A stretch of 64,000 nt of DNA from Clostridia bacterium (GCA_017399535.1 JAFQBX010000043.1:11971-75970), one strand, 5' to 3'. Positions 6,886 to 15,975 are shown, counted from the stretch's first letter. Notes: generated from the letters alone by a model not told the origin. Numbers and translations: made by a program.

Positions 6886-9555
6886 TTATGCCGCGTTTGA
6901 TGAAGTTTGTGCAGTCTGACTTGCCGTGTTAGAACTTGTATTGGATTCAGCAGGCGTTGTCGAAGTGGTACTCGAAGTATCACCCGAAGTAGTACCCGAC
7001 GTATCACCTGAGGTCGTTCCTGAGGTGTCGCCCGAGCTTGTTCCTGACGAATCGCCCGATGAGGTTCCTGACGAATCGCTTGACGACGACTCCTCCTCAT
7101 CTCCGACTAGCGATACGTGTTTACCTACGCATACCGGAGCATAGTCCTTTTTGTAATAACCTACACGCGTTTCATCCTCGCACTTTGAGCTCTTAATGAG
7201 GCCCGAGTGGATACAGTAACTAGCCGTCTTAACATTACTTGATTTCGGGAAGGATTTCTTTTTCAAACCCTTGTGAATGTCCTTGAAAATTGCCTTCCAC
7301 AATCTGAGCGCAGGGTTGGTACCCGATGAAAGACTATTCATCGATTTCGGCGGGTCATAGCCAAACCAGCATGCCGCAACGTAGTAAGGAGTACCGCCAA
7401 CGAAATAGCGTCCTTTGTTGTTACTTGTTGTACCGGTTTTTGCGATAACCTGCCATCCGCTCATACCTGCCGAACCTGCTGTACCTCTCGATCCGGTAAC
7501 AACCGTACGGAGAAGCTGATTCATAATATATGCGGTGTCCTCGCTGAGTGCCTGTTCACTTTCGCCGCTGTATTGGAGAACGGGATCTTTGTAATTATCG
7601 AGTGTCTCGCGTGAACTGAGTACAAGCTCGTAAAGTGTCGGCTCGTAATATTTACCGCCGTTACCGAAGGTAGCATAAGCGGCTGACATTTCTAACGTTG
7701 TAACGCCGTATGTGCTTCCGCCGAGAGCCATACCCGAAACGTTTTTATCCTGATCAACCAGGGTTGTGAAATGGAAACGTTCGGTGGCAAAGTTATACGC
7801 CTTTTCCTCTCCGTAGTCGATAAGAATACGTGCAGGAACGAGGTTGAGTGAACGTTCGAGCGCGTTCTGAACGGTAACGGGACCGCTTGTTGAACGGTCA
7901 TAGTTTTTAAGCTTTGTGCCGTTATAGGTGAGTGCCGAGTTGGCGACAAGGGTGGACCATGTAATGAGATTGTCTTCAAGTGCGGCGGCATAAATACCTA
8001 CCGGCTTCATCGAAGAGCCCGGCTGATGCGGTGCGGTAGCGTGGTTGAGTCCGCGGCTGACGGTTTTTTCTCCTCGACCGCCGCAAATCGCAACAACGTG
8101 ACCTTCATAGTCCATAATGGTAATTGCGCCGTTTGGTAATCCCTTTACGCTATATACCTTTGACCAGTTTTTATCGGTGGTGAATACTTCATCAACCGTC
8201 TTTTGAATCTTTGTATCGAGGGTAGCATAAATCTTGTATCCGCCGGTGTATAAAACGTCCTCGGCACGTTCTTTTGTGTATCCCTTTTTCTCGACGAGGT
8301 CGTCAACGAGCTGGTCGATAAGGGTATCGGTAAAGTAGGAGAAAACCTCTTTTTCGGTTTCTTCCGTCTTTTTGGTTGTTTCGCCGCTTTGCTCCATTTC
8401 GGCCGCTGCCTGTTCGTCCGAAATATCACTTCCGCTTGACTGAATGGCGTTGTAGCGCTTTCCTGCTATGCCGAAAAGCTCAACCTTCGACGCAATTGCG
8501 GCATCTCTTTCTGCTTCGGAAATGTATCCTTGGGCGCACATTTCACGAATTACCCAGTCGCGACGGTTTTTGTGCTTTTCTGTTTTTGTAATCGGGTCGT
8601 ATGCCGCAGGTTCCTTTGTAATTGCGGCAAGCGAAGCGCATTCCTGAATGTTCAGCTCAGAACTCGGCTTGTCAAAGTAGTATTCGGCGGCCGATTCAAC
8701 GCCGTAACAGTTGTTGAAAAGATAGATGTAATTGAGATAGCATTCAAGGATAACGTCCTTTGAATAGGTTGAGTCAATTTTTCTTGCCCTCATGATTTCG
8801 CGAATTTTTCTCATCGGGCTGACGTCGTTATCGTTTGTCAGGTTTTTAATCAGCTGCTGGTTGATTGTCGAACCACCCTGCTGTGAGCCGAGGAAGGGGA
8901 CAATCATGTTAGCAAACGATGCGGCAGTTCTTTTCCAGTCGACACCGCTATGGGTGTAAAAACGCTGGTCCTCAGCCGCGACAAAGGCGTGAGGAAGATG
9001 CTTTGTCATATTTTCGAGATCGACCCATTCGCGATTTTCTTTGAACAGCTCCTGATAAACGACCCATTTGCTCGGATCATTTTCGTCGCGGACATATATG
9101 ATGGATTTTTGGTTAACGGTAAGGTCATTGAGGTTAAAGTCAATGGAATCGTCAACGAATCCAAACATATAAATACCGAATGCGCCTACTACGAGAACCG
9201 CTGCTATAATACCGATGAGAAAAATTGATAATACAATCTTTCCAACCGTACCGATAATACGTCTTGTTTTGGTCTGGGGCTTTTTCTCCTTTTTGTTTTT
9301 TGGAGGTTTGCCCGAAGCAGTATCTGCTCCTGTTGAGCTTATGTTATTAGCGGTTCTGTTCGATGGCGAACTGTATCGCGAAGATGACGGTCGAGCATTT
9401 CGGCTGGAATTGCCGCGGACGGAACCGGTAGCATCGGCGTTGCGACCTGCTGTCGAACGTGAGCGTCCTGTCTGTCCCGAAGATGTAGTGCTGAAACCGC
9501 TTGAACGGGAGTTTTCGTCACCGAAGCCGTTTCTGCGCTCATAATCGCCGGCCAT
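6886..9555 (-). CDS. bifunctional class A penicillin-binding protein (PBP1A type; GT51 transglycosylase plus transpeptidase)
   Basis: 889 aa. Carries EDQRFYTHSGVD (GT51), GSSMKP (SxxK) and KTGTT. There is a disordered S/R-rich N-terminus before the TM anchor, and a Ser/Gly/Thr/Asp repeat tail. Confidence 0.9.
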   Translation of the reverse strand: MAGDYERRNGFGDENSRSSGFSTTSSGQTGRSRSTAGRNADATGSVRGNSSRNARPSSSRYSSPSNRTANNISSTGADTASGKPPKNKKEKKPQTKTRRIIGTVGKIVLSIFLIGIIAAVLVVGAFGIYMFGFVDDSIDFNLNDLTVNQKSIIYVRDENDPSKWVVYQELFKENREWVDLENMTKHLPHAFVAAEDQRFYTHSGVDWKRTAASFANMIVPFLGSQQGGSTINQQLIKNLTNDNDVSPMRKIREIMRARKIDSTYSKDVILECYLNYIYLFNNCYGVESAAEYYFDKPSSELNIQECASLAAITKEPAAYDPITKTEKHKNRRDWVIREMCAQGYISEAERDAAIASKVELFGIAGKRYNAIQSSGSDISDEQAAAEMEQSGETTKKTEETEKEVFSYFTDTLIDQLVDDLVEKKGYTKERAEDVLYTGGYKIYATLDTKIQKTVDEVFTTDKNWSKVYSVKGLPNGAITIMDYEGHVVAICGGRGEKTVSRGLNHATAPHQPGSSMKPVGIYAAALEDNLITWSTLVANSALTYNGTKLKNYDRSTSGPVTVQNALERSLNLVPARILIDYGEEKAYNFATERFHFTTLVDQDKNVSGMALGGSTYGVTTLEMSAAYATFGNGGKYYEPTLYELVLSSRETLDNYKDPVLQYSGESEQALSEDTAYIMNQLLRTVVTGSRGTAGSAGMSGWQVIAKTGTTSNNKGRYFVGGTPYYVAACWFGYDPPKSMNSLSSGTNPALRLWKAIFKDIHKGLKKKSFPKSSNVKTASYCIHSGLIKSSKCEDETRVGYYKKDYAPVCVGKHVSLVGDEEESSSSDSSGTSSGDSSGTSSGDTSGTTSGDTSGTTSGDTSSTTSTTPAESNTSSNTASQTAQTSSNAA
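6955..7090 (-). repeat. in-frame tandem repeat encoding an (S/T)SG(D/T)-type low-complexity C-terminal tail of the PBP
   Basis: The protein reads SSGTSSGDSSGTSSGDTSGTTSGDTSGTTSGDTSSTTS, a period of about 24 nt. The repeat also produces spurious antisense ORFs. Confidence 0.7.
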
Positions 9556-9840
9556 AATATCGCCTCCTGTATAAAAATTTACCTTTGAATTTAATTACTG
9601 AACCTATATTATAGCACATTTTTTGAAAAATAAAGTTACAGTATTTTAATCTTTTGACAATTGTATCTTGACCGAAATGAAAAAAACTGTTATCATTATG
9701 GGGCAAAAGTCAATATATCATACAATTTCATCGTATATAATACCACATATTGTTTTAAATTTCTAGTGTAAATATATTTTTTACGTTTTTAGTGCCAATC
9801 AGTCGAAATATTAGCCAATTTGTTTACTTTTAATTCATAT

Positions 9841-9859
9841 TTTCTCAACCGTTGAGAAA
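9841..9859. promoter_or_regulatory. 19-bp perfect palindrome, candidate operator upstream of htrA
   Basis: TTTCTCAAC-C-GTTGAGAAA, about 75 nt upstream of the htrA start, in a 380-nt AT-rich divergent intergenic region. Confidence 0.3.
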
Positions 9860-9935
9860 CATATTGATATTATTATGTTATCAGAATACAGTTAGCTTGG
9901 TGTTTAATTCAATTCAATCGGAGGAATGACCATAA

Positions 9936-11375
9936 ATGAACGAGTTTAACAGAGATAATTTCACCGACAACTCAGCCGAGACTAACGGCGAAAATACTAA
10001 TGAAACACAGAATTACAGCTACAAAAGCGACCAAATAATTCAGGATTCGGATTATCAGCAGCCGCAGCAGGTTAACGAGCAGCCGACTCATCAGCAGTAT
10101 ACCTATCAGTCACGTCAGCCGCAATACGGTCAATCTAATAAACCGAATTATAATAGCTATGGCAGCTATTATAACGGTGGCTATAATTATAATCAGCCGA
10201 CCACCAGCTATTCACAGCCGTCTGCTGCACAGGCGAAGAAAAAGCAACCGCGTCCGGTATCGATCGGTACAGTAATTCTTTGTATGGCGATTACTGCAAT
10301 TATTACGGCTGTTGTGTCGGTTTCAATAGCAGCATCGCTAAAAATAAATACTAATAATACCAATAACGGCTCCACAACCAACGAAACTACGATTATTCAG
10401 TCAACTGTGGAAATGTCACAGGTCGAAGCGGTAGCTACTGCCGTGACACCGAGCGTTGTTTGCATCGAGGTTACAACAAAAACACAGAATAATTCCTATT
10501 CGCCCTTCTTTGGATATTACGGCGGCAGTCAGGTTTATGAATCAACAAGCTACGGTTCGGGCGTTATATATTCAACCGATGGATATATTATTACCAATTA
10601 TCATGTAATTTCAGCCGTTTATTCATCTAATACAGTCGGAGCAAAGGTGGAGGTTTATCTCCAAGAGGATAACGAGAATGCAATTTCTGCTTCGATAATC
10701 GGATATAATTCAGCAGCCGACCTTGCTGTGTTAAAGATTGAAAAATCAGGACTTCCCGCTGTTAAAATCGGCGACTCGTCAAAGCTTGCAATCGGTCAAA
10801 CGGTAATCGCAATCGGAAACCCCGGCGGAATCGAATTTGCAGGTTCGGTTACTAGCGGAATCATCAGCGGTCTCGACCGAAAGCTGTCGGTTGACTCGGT
10901 TACAATGTCACTTATCCAGACCGATGCCGCCATCAATCCCGGAAACTCGGGAGGAGCTCTCGTTGACGTCGAGGGACAGCTTGTGGGCGTACCGAATGTA
11001 AAGATTTCTGCTTCCGGATACGAGGGAATGGGCTTCTGTATCCCCGTAAACACAGTCGTCGATATTTGCAATAATATTATCGAAAACGGAATGGATGGAA
11101 CTCCGTCTGATTCAGCGGCATATCTCGGTGTCGAAATCAACACTAACTTTACCGGCGGCGCATACATTTCAGCCGTTACCGAAGGTGGACCTGCCGAAAA
11201 AGCCGGACTTAAAAGCGGCGACATCATCGTATCCTTTGACGGAAATAAGGTGTCAGGATACGAGGATTTGGTCAGCGCAATAAAGAGCCATAAAGCAGGA
11301 GATACCGTTACCGTCGGAATTTATCGAAATGGTAAAGAGAGCAGTCTTTCGGTTACACTCGGCTCAAACGGATAA
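9936..11375 (+). CDS. htrA: HtrA/DegP-family serine protease (S1C) with PDZ domain
   Basis: 479 aa. Q/N/Y-rich N-terminal region, TM anchor, TNYHV and GNSGGAL catalytic motifs, and a C-terminal PDZ (GLKSGDIIVSFDG). Confidence 0.9.
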   Translation: MNEFNRDNFTDNSAETNGENTNETQNYSYKSDQIIQDSDYQQPQQVNEQPTHQQYTYQSRQPQYGQSNKPNYNSYGSYYNGGYNYNQPTTSYSQPSAAQAKKKQPRPVSIGTVILCMAITAIITAVVSVSIAASLKINTNNTNNGSTTNETTIIQSTVEMSQVEAVATAVTPSVVCIEVTTKTQNNSYSPFFGYYGGSQVYESTSYGSGVIYSTDGYIITNYHVISAVYSSNTVGAKVEVYLQEDNENAISASIIGYNSAADLAVLKIEKSGLPAVKIGDSSKLAIGQTVIAIGNPGGIEFAGSVTSGIISGLDRKLSVDSVTMSLIQTDAAINPGNSGGALVDVEGQLVGVPNVKISASGYEGMGFCIPVNTVVDICNNIIENGMDGTPSDSAAYLGVEINTNFTGGAYISAVTEGGPAEKAGLKSGDIIVSFDGNKVSGYEDLVSAIKSHKAGDTVTVGIYRNGKESSLSVTLGSNG

Positions 11376-11385
11376 TCAAAGAAAT

Positions 11386-11415
11386 AAAAAATCCGCACAT
11401 CTGTGCGGATTTTTT
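11386..11415. terminator. bidirectional rho-independent terminator (htrA / pqqD-like)
   Basis: AAAAATCCGCACA-TC-TGTGCGGATTTTT, flanked by an A-run and a T-run. Confidence 0.7.
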
Positions 11416-11430
11416 ATATGTTGAAAATTA

Positions 11431-11694
11431 TTATTCGAATAAATCTGCCTTCTTGATATCGGCGATAAAATCGTCAACGCCGATGGTAGCGGTTGCTTCG
11501 TCTACTTCGTATTCCTTTAAAACTTCGGCAATGAGTTCATCTCTTTCGGCGCCGTTTTCGAGCAATTTCCAGAGAAAAGCACCTGTGCCATTGAGCATAA
11601 TTACGCCGTTGAAAGCATTTTCGTCAGCACCTGTGCTGACTACCATGTGTTCACCTGCAACTTCACGAAGCTGATATGTTGATTTAATTTTCAT
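11431..11694 (-). CDS. PqqD-family (RRE-like) small protein, stand-alone
   Basis: 87 aa. The pattern REVAGEHMVV...LNGTGAFLWKLLENG...DELIAEVLKEYEVD...DDFIADI matches the PqqD/RRE winged-helix pattern. Confidence 0.7.
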   Translation of the reverse strand: MKIKSTYQLREVAGEHMVVSTGADENAFNGVIMLNGTGAFLWKLLENGAERDELIAEVLKEYEVDEATATIGVDDFIADIKKADLFE

Positions 11695-11852
11695 AATAGT
11701 TCTCCTTAAATTTTATTTTCTATCATAATTTTACTTTCATTGTTTGAGTTTGTCAAGTGTGTTCACAAAAATACGATACGAACATATATTGTAGAGAGGT
11801 TTGTCTAAAATTAGTCAAACCTTTCTCAATAAGCTTTGAAAAGAGGCTGAAT

Positions 11853-12071
11853 ATGTTGAACAAAAGTAGTTTTAAGGACGCCTTGGATTGCGAAATGTTG
11901 CCTGCAACCGAAGGTGCTCAACCTATAAAAAAAGTAGTTTTGGCTATGGCGTACGTTCCCCTTCAGGAGCTGAACACAGTTTATTCCGAGGAGGATGCGT
12001 TATGTCAGGGAACCCTCTTTCCTGACCTTGACAAGCCATTTCACAGAGGGTTTGGAGGCGCAAAAAGATGA
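11853..12071 (+). CDS. cotJA: spore coat associated protein CotJA
   Basis: LAMAYVPLQELNTVYSEEDALCQGTLFPDLDKPF is the CotJA signature. I chose the ATG at 11853, which has AAGAGG 6 nt upstream, rather than the longer track ORF. It lies upstream of cotJB and cotJC. Confidence 0.75.
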   Translation: MLNKSSFKDALDCEMLPATEGAQPIKKVVLAMAYVPLQELNTVYSEEDALCQGTLFPDLDKPFHRGFGGAKR

Positions 12072-12346
12072 GTGAAAAGGATATGCTTATGCGCCGACTT
12101 TCGAGCGCACAGTTTGCCGCATGGGAAATGCACATTTACCTCGATACCCATCCAAACGACAGAGCAGCATTGATGTCAATGCGCAAATATGAGGAAAAAG
12201 CCCGTGCTTTGAGGGCCGAATACGAAAAGCGGTTTGGTCCGATCAGACCGACCGATATGTATGGCGATACCCGGTTCGAATGGGTAAAGGATCCGTGGCC
12301 GTGGGACGTTGAATGTCCTCTTACGTTAGGGGAGGTGGATGACTGA
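12068..12346 (+). CDS. cotJB: spore coat protein CotJB
   Basis: 92 aa with FAAWEMHIYLDTHPND. It overlaps the cotJA stop and the cotJC start. Confidence 0.85.
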   Translation: MSEKDMLMRRLSSAQFAAWEMHIYLDTHPNDRAALMSMRKYEEKARALRAEYEKRFGPIRPTDMYGDTRFEWVKDPWPWDVECPLTLGEVDD

Positions 12347-12954
12347 TGTGGATGTACGAGAAAAAATTACAGTACCCCGTAAAGATAGCCCGTCCTAATC
12401 CCGCATTAGCCAAGCTGATCGCCAGCCAATATGGCGGTCCCGACGGAGAATTGGGTGCATCGCTTCGCTATCTCAGTCAGCGTTTTTCGATGCCGATGCC
12501 TGAGCTGAAAGCCATTTTAACGGACATCGCCACAGAGGAACTCGGCCATCTCGAGATGGTTGGTGCAATAGTCCATCAGCTTACCCGTAATCTCACCGAA
12601 GAGGAGATTAAAAAGGGCGGCTTTGATGCCTATTTCGTTGACCATACGACAGGAATTTATCCGAGCTCGGCTTCGGGAGTACCCTTCACGGCGGCTTATG
12701 TTCAGTCAAAGGGCGACCCGATTACCGACCTGCACGAGGACCTTGCCGCCGAGCAAAAGGCACGTACAACCTATGATAATATTCTTCGTTTTGCCGACGA
12801 CCCCGATGTTCGCGACCCGATAAAGTTCCTCCGTCAGCGTGAGGTAGTCCACTATCAGCGCTTTGGCGAAGGACTCAGACGTTTGCAGGATAAGCTCAAC
12901 GACCGCAATTTCTATGCTTTTAACCCGAGCTTTGATAAAGGTCCTGTAAAATAA
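12346..12954 (+). CDS. cotJC: spore coat protein CotJC (manganese catalase family)
   Basis: 202 aa with GELGASLRYLSQ and EELGHLEMV di-metal ligand motifs. Confidence 0.9.
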   Translation: MWMYEKKLQYPVKIARPNPALAKLIASQYGGPDGELGASLRYLSQRFSMPMPELKAILTDIATEELGHLEMVGAIVHQLTRNLTEEEIKKGGFDAYFVDHTTGIYPSSASGVPFTAAYVQSKGDPITDLHEDLAAEQKARTTYDNILRFADDPDVRDPIKFLRQREVVHYQRFGEGLRRLQDKLNDRNFYAFNPSFDKGPVK

Positions 12955-12960
12955 AAAAAC

Positions 12961-12991
12961 AAAGAGCAGATGGGTTTCCCATCTGCTCTTT
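12961..12991. terminator. bidirectional terminator shared by cotJC and the csoR operon
   Basis: AAAGAGCAGATGGG-TTTC-CCATCTGCTCTTT with flanking A-run and T-run. Confidence 0.7.
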
Positions 12992-13037
12992 GTCATTTTA
13001 ATAAATTGATAATATGGAGCTTTATTGATTTTTTATA

Positions 13038-13187
13038 TTATTTTTTCTCCAAAAGTTTGCTTGCTTCATCAGCAGAAATTTCTTTCATGGTTTCGCCGCA
13101 GCACTTAATGCCACAGTTTTCGCATTTGCAGTCGATTAACACCTTGACCATTGCACCGCATTTTTCGCAAAGAACGATTTTATCCAT
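13038..13187 (-). CDS. desulforedoxin-like (Dfx N-terminal FeS4-type) Cys-rich mini-protein, 49 aa
   Basis: Not in the ORF track because it is under 60 aa. Sequence: MDKIVLCEKCGAMVKVLIDCKCENCGIKCCGETMKEISADEASKLLEKK. CxxCG..VKVL and CCGE.M match desulforedoxin. AGGAGGTGTC lies 6 nt upstream. Confidence 0.75.
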   Translation of the reverse strand: MDKIVLCEKCGAMVKVLIDCKCENCGIKCCGETMKEISADEASKLLEKK

Positions 13188-13199
13188 ATTGACACCTCC

Positions 13200-13496
13200 T
13201 TATTGATTAAATCTTTTAAATAAACTGATTAGTTCATCAATAGTATCGAAATCTCCATTCTCTAAATCTCGCGACACACAGGTATACAGATGATTTTCTA
13301 AAATGTGCGACGACAAGCTTTTAATGGAGTTTTTCACAGCGGATAATTGAACCAAAACGTCGTTACAGTATGCATCATTTTCAATCATTTTAGTTATTCC
13401 GTTTATCTGACCGCTTATTCTGTTCAATCTATTGATTATCAGCTTTTTTTCATCGGGACTTCTTTTAGTCATTTTGTTGCAACAGTTGTTATCCAT
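13200..13496 (-). CDS. csoR: CsoR-family metal-sensing transcriptional repressor
   Basis: 98 aa from the ATG at 13496, with a GGAGG RBS. It has RLNRISGQINGI, DAYCNDVL and NHLYTC, which is the x-C-H-C fingerprint of Cu(I)-type CsoR. The longer track ORF would run through its own promoter and operator. Confidence 0.85.
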   Translation of the reverse strand: MDNNCCNKMTKRSPDEKKLIINRLNRISGQINGITKMIENDAYCNDVLVQLSAVKNSIKSLSSHILENHLYTCVSRDLENGDFDTIDELISLFKRFNQ

Positions 13497-13518
13497 ATCA
13501 ATCCTCCTGTTTATATGG

Positions 13519-13537
13519 TATACCCCGTGGGGGTATA
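13519..13537. promoter_or_regulatory. CsoR-type operator (GC-tract palindrome) overlapping the csoR promoter
   Basis: TATACCCC-GTG-GGGGTATA. A further GGGGGGTATA half site is at 13547-13556. On the minus strand a TTGACA hexamer sits between them. Confidence 0.5.
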
Positions 13538-13623
13538 TTGTCAATAGGGGGGTATATTTGATTTCATTTGATAAGAAAAAACGGCTCATTTCTATTATGA
13601 ATTGAGCCGTTTAATATATTTCG

Positions 13624-14802
13624 TTATCTCTTTTTACGCCATTTTGGTTGGTTAAGTATCTCTTCGTATCGTTTATATGCTTCTTCAACCGCCTTGTCCC
13701 ACGGATAATAAACCGTTTCGGCGGCATTTTTCCCCGTTTGTTTGAGTTTTTCGGGGGCGCTTATAGCCGATATAATTGCTTCGGCGCAGGACTCGGCGTT
13801 TTCTTCGCATAAATAGCCGTCGACGTTTTCTGTAATTGTTTCAGCGGCGCAGCTGTTTCTTACCAATAAGCTGGGACAGTCACAAGCAGCCGCTTCCATA
13901 ACAACCAAACCGCAGGTATCGTAGGTTGAGGGGAAAATTAACAGGTCGGAACGACTGTAAAAAGCGCGTAACTTCTCTCTGTCGCAAATTTCGCCTATGA
14001 AAACGGCTTCTTTCTTTAAATCGCATAGCTCGGCGTACTTTTCGATAGCGCCTCGGTCGCGTCCGTCACCGATAAAAAATATACGGAATTTATGCCCATT
14101 GTCTTTAACAATCTTTAACGAATCGAGTATAATTTTCACATTTTTATACCACATCATTCTGCCGACAAAAATAAAGACAGTTTCATCCGGTTGCAGACGA
14201 AAAACACGGTCAATTTCGCCTATTTGTTCGTCGTTTGCCTTGCCTTTTTTAAAGTCGGTGCCGTTGCGCATAACGCGATATTTACCTTTGTATCCGAATT
14301 CGCGGAGGTCCTCAGCCGTCTTTTCCGAAACGACCCAAACCTCGTCCATGTGATTTATGTTGCTTAGGACAAATTTGTGAGCAATTCGCTGAATTTGCTT
14401 GAATTTAACGCGAGTTTTGATATCGGTATTGAACTTTGTATGATATGTAAAAACCTTTGGCACACGGCATCTCTTTGCCGCACAGAGAACCCTTGCCATA
14501 GTACCCGAGGCAAAGGGACAGTGAATGTGCAGAATGTCTAATTTTTCGTCTCTGATTTCGCTCACTATTTTTGGTGAAAAGGGATTTCCTGCGCGATAGC
14601 CAATCATTTTGTCACTTGGTACCGAGTGATAGCGAAAAACCTTGTAATCATAGTCATCTACTACGTGAGGATACTTCGGCACGATGACCACAGCTTCACC
14701 GAGTTTGTTATGTATATTATCAGCATACGCCTTTGTCGCGGCGGCAACACCGTCGATTATAGGCGGAAATGAATCGTTTAACAATCCAACTTTTAGTTTC
14801 AA
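13624..14802 (-). CDS. glycosyltransferase family 4 (diacylglycerol glycosyltransferase-like)
   Basis: GT-B fold features: FPPIIDGV N-terminus and EAAACDCP (E-x7-E-like region). The likely start is the TTG at 14802, 8 nt after GGAG; the track ORF extends to 14865. Confidence 0.8.
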   Translation of the reverse strand: MKLKVGLLNDSFPPIIDGVAAATKAYADNIHNKLGEAVVIVPKYPHVVDDYDYKVFRYHSVPSDKMIGYRAGNPFSPKIVSEIRDEKLDILHIHCPFASGTMARVLCAAKRCRVPKVFTYHTKFNTDIKTRVKFKQIQRIAHKFVLSNINHMDEVWVVSEKTAEDLREFGYKGKYRVMRNGTDFKKGKANDEQIGEIDRVFRLQPDETVFIFVGRMMWYKNVKIILDSLKIVKDNGHKFRIFFIGDGRDRGAIEKYAELCDLKKEAVFIGEICDREKLRAFYSRSDLLIFPSTYDTCGLVVMEAAACDCPSLLVRNSCAAETITENVDGYLCEENAESCAEAIISAISAPEKLKQTGKNAAETVYYPWDKAVEEAYKRYEEILNQPKWRKKR

Positions 14803-14993
14803 ATTTAACACTCCGTTGTGTGTGAATTTCGAATAAATTATACACTTTTTCACACTTTTTGTCAAACATGCAGAAAATATAAATAAAGATTGGAAAAATG
14901 TTTTACTTTTTCGTTTATATGTAGTATAATAACTACGTAATTATGTTTTGTTGTAATTATAAAGGATAAATAAAATCGAGGTGTTAAAATAAA

Positions 14994-15953
14994 ATGGCTC
15001 AGAATTTTTCCGTTCCTCTCAAACGAGTTATCAAGGAATTCTCGCTCGAAGAGGTATTTGTACCCGAAAATATTGATGAAATAAGCGTTTCATCCGCCGA
15101 CTTGAATCGACCGGGATTGCAGCTCAGCGGATTTTATGATTATTTTGATAAAGAGCGCATACAAATTATTGGAAAGAACGAGGACAGCTTTTTAGAAACC
15201 TTTATCGACCGTCAAACGCGAGTTGAGCGTCTGCTTGGTCAAAAGCCACCCGCAGTAGTAATTACACGTGGACTCGACGTTGACGACCGTACGGTCGATC
15301 TGGCTAAAAAGTACGGAGTGCCTATCTTACGCACGAGTGAAGGTACGTCCGGCTTTATGGCGGCTCTGATTGCCTTCCTTAATATCGAGCTTGCTCCTCG
15401 AATCACACGTCACGGCGTTCTGGTCGAGGTTTACGGCGAAGGTATGCTGATTATCGGCGAAAGCGGAGTAGGTAAGAGTGAGACGGCCATCGAGCTTATA
15501 AAGCGAGGACATCGTCTTATTGCTGACGATGCGGTTGAAATTCGCCGCGTTTCGAATAAAACGCTGGTCGGTACACCGCCAGAAAACATTCGTCACTTTA
15601 TCGAGCTTCGCGGAATCGGTATTATCAATGCACGACGTATTTTCGGTATGGGTGCTGTTAAGCCGTCGGAAAAGATTGATATGGTAATCAACCTCGAAGT
15701 ATGGAATCAGGAAAAGGTTTATGACCGAATGGGACTTGAAAGTGAAGAAACCGAAATTCTAGGAATAAAGGTGCCGCAGGTAACTGTACCTGTTCGCCCC
15801 GGTCGAAATCTCGCCATTATTTTAGAGGTTGCGGCAATGAATAACCGTCAGAAAAAGATGGGCTTTAACGCAGCAAAGGAACTTTTGAAAAAGCTTGGAA
15901 TGGACGACGGTACCGATGACACACCCGTTCAGGACGACATATTTAATTATTAA
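14994..15953 (+). CDS. hprK: HPr kinase/phosphorylase
   Basis: 319 aa with the GESGVGKSE P-loop and LIADDAVEI / IELRGIGIIN signature. Confidence 0.92.
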   Translation: MAQNFSVPLKRVIKEFSLEEVFVPENIDEISVSSADLNRPGLQLSGFYDYFDKERIQIIGKNEDSFLETFIDRQTRVERLLGQKPPAVVITRGLDVDDRTVDLAKKYGVPILRTSEGTSGFMAALIAFLNIELAPRITRHGVLVEVYGEGMLIIGESGVGKSETAIELIKRGHRLIADDAVEIRRVSNKTLVGTPPENIRHFIELRGIGIINARRIFGMGAVKPSEKIDMVINLEVWNQEKVYDRMGLESEETEILGIKVPQVTVPVRPGRNLAIILEVAAMNNRQKKMGFNAAKELLKKLGMDDGTDDTPVQDDIFNY

Positions 15954-15975
15954 AAAACATTTGGAGGAGTAAAAA

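Noticed and set aside
6926-7144. 72-aa plus-strand ORF with a PEVVPDVS repeat
   Set aside because: It is produced by reading the PBP tail tandem repeat on the opposite strand. It has no start context and lies entirely within the PBP CDS.
9677-9766. 29-aa ORF (MKKTVIIMGQKS...) in the PBP/htrA intergenic region
   Set aside because: There is no Shine-Dalgarno sequence upstream, the context is AT-rich, and the peptide has no recognisable feature.
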